From a virus: a DNA stretch of 64,000 bases. The position numbers were made by a program, and so were the translations under genes. The number at the start of each line of letters is the position of its first letter. Positions within the stretch are counted from its first letter, which is position 1. The DNA lies in IMG/VR virus record IMGVR_UViG_3300010354_000047, positions 72,374-136,373 of that record; one strand, written 5' to 3'. The notes under the pieces were generated by a model. It had not been told where the DNA came from and did not search any database. It was given only the letters and a program-made list of their open reading frames with translations. Below are positions 56,047-64,000 of this stretch, piece after piece.

Positions 56047-57207
56047 ATGACAGCAATAAATCCCCTAATAAGATTCTCACCTTCAGTTTCTCCAACTTCC
56101 TATGAAAGCACTTATGGGTCTGAATTGACTCTTGGTTTTCAATTTGCGCTGTCTGAATCTAAACAAGTCTCACACCTCGGCATTTACTATCCATCCGCTG
56201 GTTTCACAACATCCGTTACTGTGAATCTCTGGAACGATGATCCTTTATCGTCCCCGCTGATTTCTATTTCCATTCCTGCCGGTACATATTCCACAGTTAT
56301 TGATAACTTTTATTGGGTTCCTGTTCCACTAACTACCCTCGTCGGCTCACCTACCGGTGTACGATACATGATGGGTGCGGTGTATTCTAATAATACGAGT
56401 AGTGGTTTTACTGATCCATATGTTGCTGTGTATCCATTAGTCGATCTTGATCTAGTCGAGCCAAATACAACCTTTAATGGAGGTTTCGCTGCGGTTGGTG
56501 ATACTTATCCTTACATTCCCGCAACCAGTCCTGGAACTGCTAGTTACTTCGGCCCCAACATATCATTCAAAGGGAAACCAACAGGACAACTTTGGCCTCT
56601 AGGTGTTCCAGATCCTTTGCCGGTGAAATCTAGTCCCCTACTTAAATTTAATCCTCTTGAGCCTCCGGGTTCTTACGAGAGCACTGCCTCAGATTCGTTG
56701 ACTCTTGGCTATCAATTCGGGATAAGTGATGACAAGATAGTAAACAAATTAGGTGTTTATTATCCTCAAGGACCGTCTGGTTTCATTCATCCAGTCACGA
56801 TTAAATTATGGACTGTCACTAGTCCCCCCGTTCTTCTATTGACAACCACTATTCCTTCTGGACCATGTTCGGATGTCGTTGACGGGTTTTGTTGGGTATC
56901 TGTTCCAGAAACAACTTTAATATCAGGACCAACCAGTTCTCTCTATAGATTAGGTGCTTTTTATGAATATGATGAAGTCACTGGTTCAAGTCCTTATGTT
57001 GGTGGTTATCCTGCAAACAGTGTTGGTGGTATAATTGTTGTTGAGCCTTCCACATCTTACATTCGCGGATATTCAGCGTTAGGTGATAATTACCCAAGTA
57101 CACTTGCTCCAATTGATACTGCTAATTATTTCGGTCCCAACATCGGATTCAAACCAAAACCAACAGGGCAACTCTGGCCGATCGGTTCAATTTTTCCAGA
57201 GGAATGA
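56047..57207 (+). CDS. Two-domain DUF4082-like adhesin with PTGQLWP tags
   Basis: Same architecture and identical linkers as 54316. Confidence 0.75.
   Translation: MTAINPLIRFSPSVSPTSYESTYGSELTLGFQFALSESKQVSHLGIYYPSAGFTTSVTVNLWNDDPLSSPLISISIPAGTYSTVIDNFYWVPVPLTTLVGSPTGVRYMMGAVYSNNTSSGFTDPYVAVYPLVDLDLVEPNTTFNGGFAAVGDTYPYIPATSPGTASYFGPNISFKGKPTGQLWPLGVPDPLPVKSSPLLKFNPLEPPGSYESTASDSLTLGYQFGISDDKIVNKLGVYYPQGPSGFIHPVTIKLWTVTSPPVLLLTTTIPSGPCSDVVDGFCWVSVPETTLISGPTSSLYRLGAFYEYDEVTGSSPYVGGYPANSVGGIIVVEPSTSYIRGYSALGDNYPSTLAPIDTANYFGPNIGFKPKPTGQLWPIGSIFPEE
56577..56631 (+). repeat. Junction repeat A, copy 2
   Basis: Identical to 54864-54918. Confidence 0.9.
57146..57203 (+). repeat. Junction repeat B, copy 2
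   Basis: Identical to 55409-55466. Confidence 0.9.
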
Positions 57208-57209
57208 AA

Positions 57210-57281
57210 ATGACAGAGATAAACCCCCTATTTAGGCTTTCTACCCTTAAGTCCTCGGACCCACCCGACAGAACTCTCTAA
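57210..57281 (+). pseudogene. Relic N-terminus of another adhesin module
   Basis: MTEINPLFRL...stop matches the MTAINPLIRF/MVAINPLLRF starts of its neighbours. Confidence 0.55.
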
Positions 57282-57309
57282 AATTTGTCCACCTGCGCAC
57301 AAGCGTAAA

Positions 57310-57864
57310 ATGGCTTACAACCCTTTATTTAGCCTCCAAATCGCACCAACTACAGCTAACTTCTATCCTTTTGGAAACCTCACAGCAGGTTTTGAATTTA
57401 GTCTTCTTGAGAATAAAAGAGTAATCAAGATTGGTTTGTACTATCCGGACGCGGGATACGCAACCCCCCATGACATCTACCTCTGGAGTGTTAATAACAC
57501 AACGACACCCATTCTTACCGTAACAATCCCGAGTGGGACTTATACAATCTCTGATTACTTCTGTTGGGTGACGGTGCCGGACACATTACTGGTCGCTAGT
57601 AACGGGCCATACAGAATAGCCGCCTCTTATCCTGCGGTCATTCCCGGAGACTTCACTTCAGGCTCTATTGATAATCTCATCGGAACTTACCCTGCAAGTG
57701 ACGTCGATCTTGTGGAAGGGGGGACAACATTTAATGATGGTTACTCGATAGAGGGACTGGCCTTGTATCCAACAATTCCATCTGGTGTGTCAGGTTATGT
57801 GAGTTACCTTGGTCCAAACATCGGTTTTAAGCCTATTCCGACAGGGCAACTATGGCCCACATGA
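57310..57864 (+). CDS. Single-domain DUF4082-like adhesin
   Basis: Same domain pattern; ends PTGQLWPT. Confidence 0.75.
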   Translation: MAYNPLFSLQIAPTTANFYPFGNLTAGFEFSLLENKRVIKIGLYYPDAGYATPHDIYLWSVNNTTTPILTVTIPSGTYTISDYFCWVTVPDTLLVASNGPYRIAASYPAVIPGDFTSGSIDNLIGTYPASDVDLVEGGTTFNDGYSIEGLALYPTIPSGVSGYVSYLGPNIGFKPIPTGQLWPT

Positions 57865-57908
57865 GTTTTCAACCCCGGTACAGAATACCTTGCACTCTTT
57901 GATACAAA

Positions 57909-58484
57909 ATGGTAGCAATAAACCCCCTTCTTAGATTTAATCCTCTTGAACCGCCGGGTCCTTACGAAGCCACATTCCCCGATTCGGTCACAGTTGGTTA
58001 TGAATTTTCGATTTCAGAAGAAAAAATAGTAAACAAATTGGGAGTTTATCATCCTCAAGGGCCATCTGGTTTCATTCAACCAGTCACGCTTAAACTTTGG
58101 TCTTCTGATGGTTCACCCGTTCTTCTATTGACAACCTCTATTCCCGCTGGAGCCTGTTCAAATCTAGTAAACGATTTCTGTTGGGTATCTGTCCCTGAAA
58201 CAACGCTTTCTGCGGTTTCGACAGGAACAAGATATGTTGTTGGTGCATTTTATCCGCTCGATCCAGTCTACGGACAAAATCCATTGATTAGTGGCTACCC
58301 ATTACTTGATTTAGAAGTGATTGAACCTTCTTCATCCTACTTGGGTGGATATGTAGCATTTGGTGATACCTATCCGAATATTTCTTCCCCAATAGATGCA
58401 GCTTATTATTTCGGCCCCAACATAAGCTTTAAGAAGGAGAAGGGCAAGGGCTTGAAGGTGAGCTTTATTGGAAATCCAGCTTGA
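57909..58484 (+). CDS. Single-domain DUF4082-like adhesin with a foreign C-terminal tail
   Basis: Closest to domain 2 of 56047; ends GKGLKVSFIGNPA instead of PTGQLWP. Confidence 0.75.
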   Translation: MVAINPLLRFNPLEPPGPYEATFPDSVTVGYEFSISEEKIVNKLGVYHPQGPSGFIQPVTLKLWSSDGSPVLLLTTSIPAGACSNLVNDFCWVSVPETTLSAVSTGTRYVVGAFYPLDPVYGQNPLISGYPLLDLEVIEPSSSYLGGYVAFGDTYPNISSPIDAAYYFGPNISFKKEKGKGLKVSFIGNPA

Positions 58485-58496
58485 TTCGAAAATAAA

Positions 58497-60740
58497 ATGT
58501 TCATTCTCAACGACCAATCCGATTTCTTGCCTTGCACAGGGGGCGACTTTCCCCCTTTCAACTGCAACACAAACGTAGACCCAAAGTGCGTCACCAACTT
58601 CTATGGAGCTTGGGACTATTGTACATCTCTTACAAGTTTCCCAACAATAAATGTAAGCAAAGGTGAAAGTTTTCATAGAACATGGAACAATTGCACCTCT
58701 CTGACGAGTTTTCCAGGGCTAGATATGTCCTCAGGAACTGACTTTCGTCAGACTTGGAGACTTTGCATCTACCTAACGTCTTTTGGCCCAGTAGACACGA
58801 GAAACGGGGTGGACTTCCGAGGAGCGTGGGACACATGCGGGTACCTGGAAACGTTTCCGAACATAGATGTTAGCTCAGGGTTATACTTTAGTGAAACCTG
58901 GAAACAATGTTTCACATTGACATCTTTCCCGAACTTAGACGTCAGCTCCGGTCTCTGGTTTGATTCGGCTTGGGAAAGTTGTTCCTCTCTAACATCTTTT
59001 CCAGCTCTCGATTTCAGCTCAGCAATAATCTTAGAGTCCGCTTGGAGTGGTTGCTCAGATCTGACCACGTTTCCTTTGATTGACACTTCCAATGTAGAAA
59101 ACTTCGGTGGTGCCTGGCAATACTGCTCCGGCCTCACATCTTTCCCAACCCTAAATGTGGCTTCCGGAACAAGTTTCGGTAGCTCCTGGAAGGCCTGCAC
59201 CGGACTAACAGGTTTTGCTCCCTTAACTTTCAGTTCCGGAGTTTTCTTTACAGAAGCCTGGTATGGTTGCACGGGTTTACTGACTTTCCCAGCCCTCAGC
59301 TTTCCTTCGGGTCAGAACTTCACAAGAGCTTGGTCAGGCTGCACAAGTCTCACTACTTTTCCCTCGATAACCGTTCCCGTCGGTGTTGACTTTTCCTCTT
59401 CCTGGTCAAGTTGTACGGGTCTAACTTCCTTTCCTAACCTTAGTTTTCCATCTGGGGGGATCTTCTCTGGAACATGGTCTGGTTGCACAGGACTCACATC
59501 TTTCCCAGCTATGACCTTTCCAAAAGGGACAAACTTTGAATACGCTTGGCAAAATTGCACAGGACTAACTACATTTCCTACGGTGATAGCGCCGTCAGCC
59601 TCGAGTTTTAGAGGCTCGTGGTACGATTGCACGGGCCTCACATCTTTTCCAACCCTAGATGTTAGTTCCGCGACAATTTTTTCATACTCGTGGTACAATT
59701 GTTCTGGTCTCAGTACGTTTCCTGCCCTCGTATTTAGCTCAGGCTTAGACTTTAGTTATGCTTGGGAAGGGTGTACAGGGTTAACTACTTTCCCGAGTAT
59801 TGATGCGAGTAAAGGAACGAACTTCTCTTTCGCCTGGTCAGATTGCACGGGGCTGACCTCTTTTCCCGCTCTAGACTTGAGCTCCGGAATTACTTTTTCG
59901 TACACGTGGTTTAACTGCTCGGGCTTAACCTCTTTTTCCACAGTAATTCTCAGCAACGGAATCAACTTTGATTCCGCCTGGAGGAATTGTTCGAGTTTGA
60001 CATCATTCCCAATCATTGATACAGCAAAAGCCCGAAATTTAAACCAAGCGTGGGACGGATGCTCCGGTCTAACGTCTTTTCCAGCACTCAACACAGCGCA
60101 GGTGGACTATTTTGGTGGAGCTTGGAGAGGATGTTCCGGCCTGACATCTTTCCCCCTACTGGACACCTCAAGAGGCATGATCTTCAACAGTTCTTGGGAA
60201 TATTGTACGGGTTTGACGTCCTTTCCTCTGATAGACATTATCCAGGGAAGTTCCTTTCCATACGCTTGGCATAGATGCATCGAATTAACCTCCTTCCCTC
60301 TTCTCAACTTTAGTCGGGCATCCAATTTTGAAGGAGCTTGGTTGAATTGTTGGAAGTTAACTTCGTTCCCGTTAATAGATACAAGTAGAGGTATCAATTT
60401 CTTTCAGACCTGGGCTGACTGTTATGCTCTAACCTCTTTTCCTGCCCTCAACTTCTCTAAGGGAACAAATTTCCTTTGGACTTGGAGAGACTGTACGAGT
60501 CTCACAACATTTCCGGCTAATGTCTTTGACAATTGCCCAGCGACAAACTTCACTGACGCCTGGTTCAACTGCGCTCTAAACCAAACAAGCGTCGACAACA
60601 TACTGGTGTCGATCAACACAGCGGGAAAGACAAATGGAACCCTGTCCTTGAGTGGGGGAACTTCTTCACCACCAAGCAGCACAGGTCTGGCTGCGAAATC
60701 GTCCCTACAAGCCAAAGGTTGGACTGTAACAACAAATTAA
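58497..60740 (+). CDS. Stand-alone capped LRR (BspA/DUF285-like) solenoid, about 27 repeats of 24 aa
   Basis: N-cap PPFNCNTNVDPKCVTNF, repeats WxxCxxLTSFP, C-cap SVDNILVSIN..KGWT. Confidence 0.85.
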   Translation: MFILNDQSDFLPCTGGDFPPFNCNTNVDPKCVTNFYGAWDYCTSLTSFPTINVSKGESFHRTWNNCTSLTSFPGLDMSSGTDFRQTWRLCIYLTSFGPVDTRNGVDFRGAWDTCGYLETFPNIDVSSGLYFSETWKQCFTLTSFPNLDVSSGLWFDSAWESCSSLTSFPALDFSSAIILESAWSGCSDLTTFPLIDTSNVENFGGAWQYCSGLTSFPTLNVASGTSFGSSWKACTGLTGFAPLTFSSGVFFTEAWYGCTGLLTFPALSFPSGQNFTRAWSGCTSLTTFPSITVPVGVDFSSSWSSCTGLTSFPNLSFPSGGIFSGTWSGCTGLTSFPAMTFPKGTNFEYAWQNCTGLTTFPTVIAPSASSFRGSWYDCTGLTSFPTLDVSSATIFSYSWYNCSGLSTFPALVFSSGLDFSYAWEGCTGLTTFPSIDASKGTNFSFAWSDCTGLTSFPALDLSSGITFSYTWFNCSGLTSFSTVILSNGINFDSAWRNCSSLTSFPIIDTAKARNLNQAWDGCSGLTSFPALNTAQVDYFGGAWRGCSGLTSFPLLDTSRGMIFNSSWEYCTGLTSFPLIDIIQGSSFPYAWHRCIELTSFPLLNFSRASNFEGAWLNCWKLTSFPLIDTSRGINFFQTWADCYALTSFPALNFSKGTNFLWTWRDCTSLTTFPANVFDNCPATNFTDAWFNCALNQTSVDNILVSINTAGKTNGTLSLSGGTSSPPSSTGLAAKSSLQAKGWTVTTN

Positions 60741-60744
60741 TGTC

Positions 60745-63087
60745 ATGGGTATTCATTTAAATGATAATGTGTTCGTTGAGGGGCCGAGGCCAAATGACGA
60801 CAAGTACGGACCTTACTCGAGTGTGTCAATCGCTTTGAGCAAAGTCGAGCCAATTGTTCGTTATCAGGGACTAACACTCGGAGTCTCGGAGGGTGGAACT
60901 CTGAATGAGTACTGGTTTCGAGACGGTATTGCAGATACAGACTTGATTCTGAAAGAGGGTTTTGGATCCTCTGGTCCGACTGGCCCCCAAGGAGCTTCTG
61001 GTTTTGGTTCAACTGGTGCAACCGGGGCAACCGGGGCAACCGGGGATTTAGGAGAAGCCGGGGAAACAGGAGCTTCAGGTATAAGCGCCCAAGGTGCTAC
61101 CGGGGTTACTCTACCGGGGAGTATTGGTTTTTCAATATGTGAAGACGACGAAGACTTGAAAGTGGGAATGGAGTTCTACTTTCGTATGCCATACTCGATG
61201 ACGATATCCGGGTTCTACGCATTCGCTTCGACTTCCTCAACAGGTGCTTCGATACGAGTACAGATTATCAGCCCTTATCTCTACTATCCTGATGATGTCT
61301 TCATAACTTTACCTGCAGCTCAACAAAGCGTAACAAAAAACCTCGGAACTTTCGTACGAGCTTCTTACGGAACTGAAATACGCCTCTCTGTTACACAAAT
61401 TGGAAGCGGGACAGCTGGCAAAGGTCTCAAGATCTGGATCCTCGGAAATAAAGAGCAGTACGATATACCCCCCTTCTACTGTTTGACAGAAGGTTTAAAC
61501 CTAAACCCGGCCCACACGGATTACTCATACGGCTGGAGCACCTGTCAAAACATAGTGAATTTTCCAAACTTTGATCTTAGCTCGGGAATAAACTTTGACT
61601 CCGCATGGAAAGGTTGCTCAAAAATGGTATCTTTTCCTTCGTTGGATCTTTCCTCCGGACTATATTTCTTCGAGACATGGAGGGACTGTTCTTCTCTGAC
61701 TTCTTTTCCTTTCGTGGATGTTAGCTCTGGTATATCCTTTTATAGAGCTTGGCGAAACTGTGGAAACCTCACTTCCTTTCCCCTTTTGAACACTAGCTCG
61801 GGAACAAACTTTAACTCTGCATGGTATGATTGCGAAAGCCTAACATCCTTTCCACCCCTTGATGTTAGCTCAGGAACGAACTTTAGTTTCTCCTGGTACG
61901 CTTGCGAAAACCTCACTTCCTTTCCGCTCTTAAACGTTAGCTCGGGAACGAACTTCACCAGCGCCTGGTCAGGGTGCAAAAGTCTCACTTCTTTTCCCCT
62001 CTTGAACGTCAGCTTGGGAACGAACTTCACCAGCGCCTGGTCAGGGTGCAAAAGTCTCACTTCTTTTCCCCTCTTGAACGTCAGCTTGGGAACAAACTTT
62101 AGCTCCACCTGGACTTATTGCACGGGCCTCACTTCTTTTCCACAGCTCAGCTTTGATTCGGGGACAAATTTCTATTATACGTGGTCTTCCTGCACCAGTC
62201 TCACTTCTTTCCCCCTCTTGAACATTAGCGCGGGAATAGACTTCTTTTACACTTGGCAAAACTGTTCGAGCCTCACTTCCTTTCCGCCGATCAGCTTTGA
62301 CTCGGGGAAAGTCTTTTACTCTACTTGGAGAGATTGTTCGGGCCTGACTTCTTTTTCAAACATAAACGTTAACTTGGGGACAAATTTCTCTTTTGCGTGG
62401 CAAAACTGTTCAAGCCTCACCTCCTTTCCTGCAATCAGCTTTTCTTCGGGAACAACTTTTGACTCTACTTGGAAAGACTGTTCCCACCTCACTTCCTTTC
62501 CGCTCTTAAACGTTAGCTCGGGAACAAACTTCACCAGCGCCTGGTCAGGGTGCAAAAGTCTCACTTCTTTTCCCCTCTTAAACGTTAGCTCGGGAACGAA
62601 CTTCACCGGTGCCTGGCAAAACTGTTCAAGCCTCACATCCTTTCCGACAATAACAGTTGGGTCGGGGACAAATTTCTCTTCCGCTTGGCAAAACTGTTCC
62701 AGTTTAGATACCTTTCCCACTTTGACTTTCAGTTCCGGAACAAACTTCAATAGTGCTTGGGCCGGGTGTTCATCTTTGGAATCTTTTCCAGCTATAACAT
62801 TTTTACCCGCAGCAACCTTCTCGGGAGCATGGACCGGATGCACTCGTCTTTCACACTTTCCTGCAAATATGTTTAATTCTACTCTTGCCAAGAGCTTCGG
62901 CTGGCAAAGTTGCGACTTAACCGAGCAAAGTGTAGACAATATTTTGGTGTCGATTAATACAGCAGGAACCAGCAACGGGTCAATACAGTTAAATCTGGGA
63001 ACTTCCTCTCCACCAGGTGATGCAGGTAAAGCAGCGAGAGCAGCTTTAGTGAGTCGAGGGTGGTCCGTTTCTGTAAATTCAATCTAA
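60745..63087 (+). CDS. HLNDN-anchor collagen fibre fused to an LRR solenoid (about 19 repeats)
   Basis: MGIHLNDNVFVEGPRPNDDKYGPY, GAT triplets, beta domain ending GKGLKIWILG, then capped LRRs. Confidence 0.85.
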   Translation: MGIHLNDNVFVEGPRPNDDKYGPYSSVSIALSKVEPIVRYQGLTLGVSEGGTLNEYWFRDGIADTDLILKEGFGSSGPTGPQGASGFGSTGATGATGATGDLGEAGETGASGISAQGATGVTLPGSIGFSICEDDEDLKVGMEFYFRMPYSMTISGFYAFASTSSTGASIRVQIISPYLYYPDDVFITLPAAQQSVTKNLGTFVRASYGTEIRLSVTQIGSGTAGKGLKIWILGNKEQYDIPPFYCLTEGLNLNPAHTDYSYGWSTCQNIVNFPNFDLSSGINFDSAWKGCSKMVSFPSLDLSSGLYFFETWRDCSSLTSFPFVDVSSGISFYRAWRNCGNLTSFPLLNTSSGTNFNSAWYDCESLTSFPPLDVSSGTNFSFSWYACENLTSFPLLNVSSGTNFTSAWSGCKSLTSFPLLNVSLGTNFTSAWSGCKSLTSFPLLNVSLGTNFSSTWTYCTGLTSFPQLSFDSGTNFYYTWSSCTSLTSFPLLNISAGIDFFYTWQNCSSLTSFPPISFDSGKVFYSTWRDCSGLTSFSNINVNLGTNFSFAWQNCSSLTSFPAISFSSGTTFDSTWKDCSHLTSFPLLNVSSGTNFTSAWSGCKSLTSFPLLNVSSGTNFTGAWQNCSSLTSFPTITVGSGTNFSSAWQNCSSLDTFPTLTFSSGTNFNSAWAGCSSLESFPAITFLPAATFSGAWTGCTRLSHFPANMFNSTLAKSFGWQSCDLTEQSVDNILVSINTAGTSNGSIQLNLGTSSPPGDAGKAARAALVSRGWSVSVNSI
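61944..62087 (+). repeat. Exact 72-bp tandem duplication within the LRR gene
   Basis: 61944-62015 equals 62016-62087; a near-identical copy starts near 62487. Confidence 0.9.
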
Positions 63088-63095
63088 TTGACAAC

Positions 63096-63103
63096 GGGTA
63101 TAA
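63096..63103 (+). promoter_or_regulatory. Putative late promoter GGGTATAA
   Basis: 32 nt before ATG 63128. Confidence 0.7.
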
Positions 63104-63127
63104 TATACCTAGAAAGATCTACCAAGA

Positions 63128-64000
63128 ATGCCAAGAGGACCGAATCCTTGCCAACCCTCTCCGCAGAGGCCAAATAGACCTCGAACGACGTCTCCGATTC
63201 CTCCCGCTGCGAGGGGAATCCCTCAAAGTACAAGTTCTTCCTTGGCTCCGACTCCGACAGTTTTTCTTGGCGACTTGCCAACAGGTGCAACGGGAGCTAC
63301 TGGTGCAATAGGAGTAGCAGGAGGAAGAGGTGCAACGGGTGCGACTGGAATCGGTGTACAGGGGGAACCCGGAGCTATAGGGGCAACCGGAGCTTCAGGA
63401 TTGGTTGGGGAAAAGGGTGAAAAAGGTGAAAGAGGACCTTCTGGCCAAGTCGGCGCCACAGGAATAAGCGGACTTACTGGAAATACGGGAGCGACGGGGG
63501 CAACAGGACCCCAAGGGCCAGCCGGTGGCCCAACTGGTCCGACTGGCCCGATTGGGGACTCTGGGGCAACAGGACCCATCGGAGAGACGGGGGCTACAGG
63601 ACTTGGAGAAACGGGTGCAACAGGGTTAGACGGACCCACTGGACCACAAGGTGAAACGGGAGCGACCGGAATTGGTATCACCGGCGCTACAGGTTTGTTG
63701 GGGGCAACTGGAGCAACAGGTCCGATTGGTATCACCGGGGCAACCGGTTTGATCGGAGCAACGGGTCCGATTGGTATTTCTGGAGCAACGGGTTCCACAG
63801 GAGCAACCGGAATAGGAACAACAGGGGCAACTGGGGCAACGGGTCTGATTGGTATTACCGGGGCAACAGGTTTGACCGGAGCAACGGGTCCGGTAGGAAT
63901 TACCGGGGCAACAGGTTTGACTGGGGAACAAGGTTCCACCGGAGCAACGGGTCCGATTGGTATTTCTGGAGCAACGGGTCCGGTAGGAATTACCGGGGCA
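63128..64000 (+). CDS. Long collagen-like fibre protein (runs off the window end)
   Basis: ATG 63128, Pro-rich N-terminus, then in-frame GAT/GPT/GET triplets; absent from the track because no stop lies in the window. Confidence 0.85.
   Translation, partial: MPRGPNPCQPSPQRPNRPRTTSPIPPAARGIPQSTSSSLAPTPTVFLGDLPTGATGATGAIGVAGGRGATGATGIGVQGEPGAIGATGASGLVGEKGEKGERGPSGQVGATGISGLTGNTGATGATGPQGPAGGPTGPTGPIGDSGATGPIGETGATGLGETGATGLDGPTGPQGETGATGIGITGATGLLGATGATGPIGITGATGLIGATGPIGISGATGSTGATGIGTTGATGATGLIGITGATGLTGATGPVGITGATGLTGEQGSTGATGPIGISGATGPVGITGA

Noticed and set aside
58600-62850. 72-bp periodicity resembling a CRISPR array
   Set aside because: Units are in-frame coding repeats with degenerate third positions; no repeat-spacer structure and no cas genes
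58769-62975. Repetitive minus-strand ORFs (also 21135-21557)
   Set aside because: Antisense shadows of the LRR coding repeats
54316-63087. Diversity-generating retroelement as the source of adhesin variation
   Set aside because: No reverse transcriptase in the window and no template/variable repeat pair differing only at adenines; the repeats seen are identical junctions
63223-63939. Minus-strand PVAPVAP ORFs (also 52991-53254 and 53660-53845)
   Set aside because: Antisense shadows of plus-strand GAT collagen repeats; the plus frame has a promoter motif and an ATG
1-64000. Stop-codon reassignment, introns or inteins
   Set aside because: Long ORFs tile the window under the standard code; thyX, nrdA, nrdB and the helicase are uninterrupted with no intein motifs seen

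Overview
Gene-dense 64 kb segment of a large tailed dsDNA phage, most likely a contractile-tailed cyanophage (hli, two NblA-like genes, speD, a SigF-like sigma factor). It uses the standard genetic code; I saw no tRNA, rRNA, CRISPR array or transposase. Layout: small basic putative head-cargo proteins and a kinase (0.8-6.9 kb); giant tail fibres and an LRR adhesin (7-22.5 kb); nucleases and thyX (22.5-26.8 kb); tail initiator, tape measure and baseplate hub (26.9-34.6 kb); helicase, nucleotide metabolism, two sigma factors, host-derived genes and RNR (34.6-46.8 kb); a second cargo/kinase cluster with a C39 peptidase (46.8-51.5 kb); and a modular collagen-fibre/adhesin region (51.5-64 kb). Most notable by eye: (1) a readable three-class promoter set (one sigma70 site, GTTTAC-N16/17-TAWACT, and about 19 GGGTAWAA sites) alongside two phage sigma factors; (2) a family of late proteins sharing leader and Cys-motif modules, including three protein-kinase-like enzymes, two of them coupled to unannotated ~55-aa partner ORFs in an effector/immunity-like arrangement; (3) a 4.2-kb array of DUF4082-like adhesin modules with nucleotide-identical junctions and a PTGQLWP tag, apparently inserted into and splitting a fibre gene; (4) capped 24-aa LRR solenoids with hypervariable positions. 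All family assignments come from motif recognition, not database searches.
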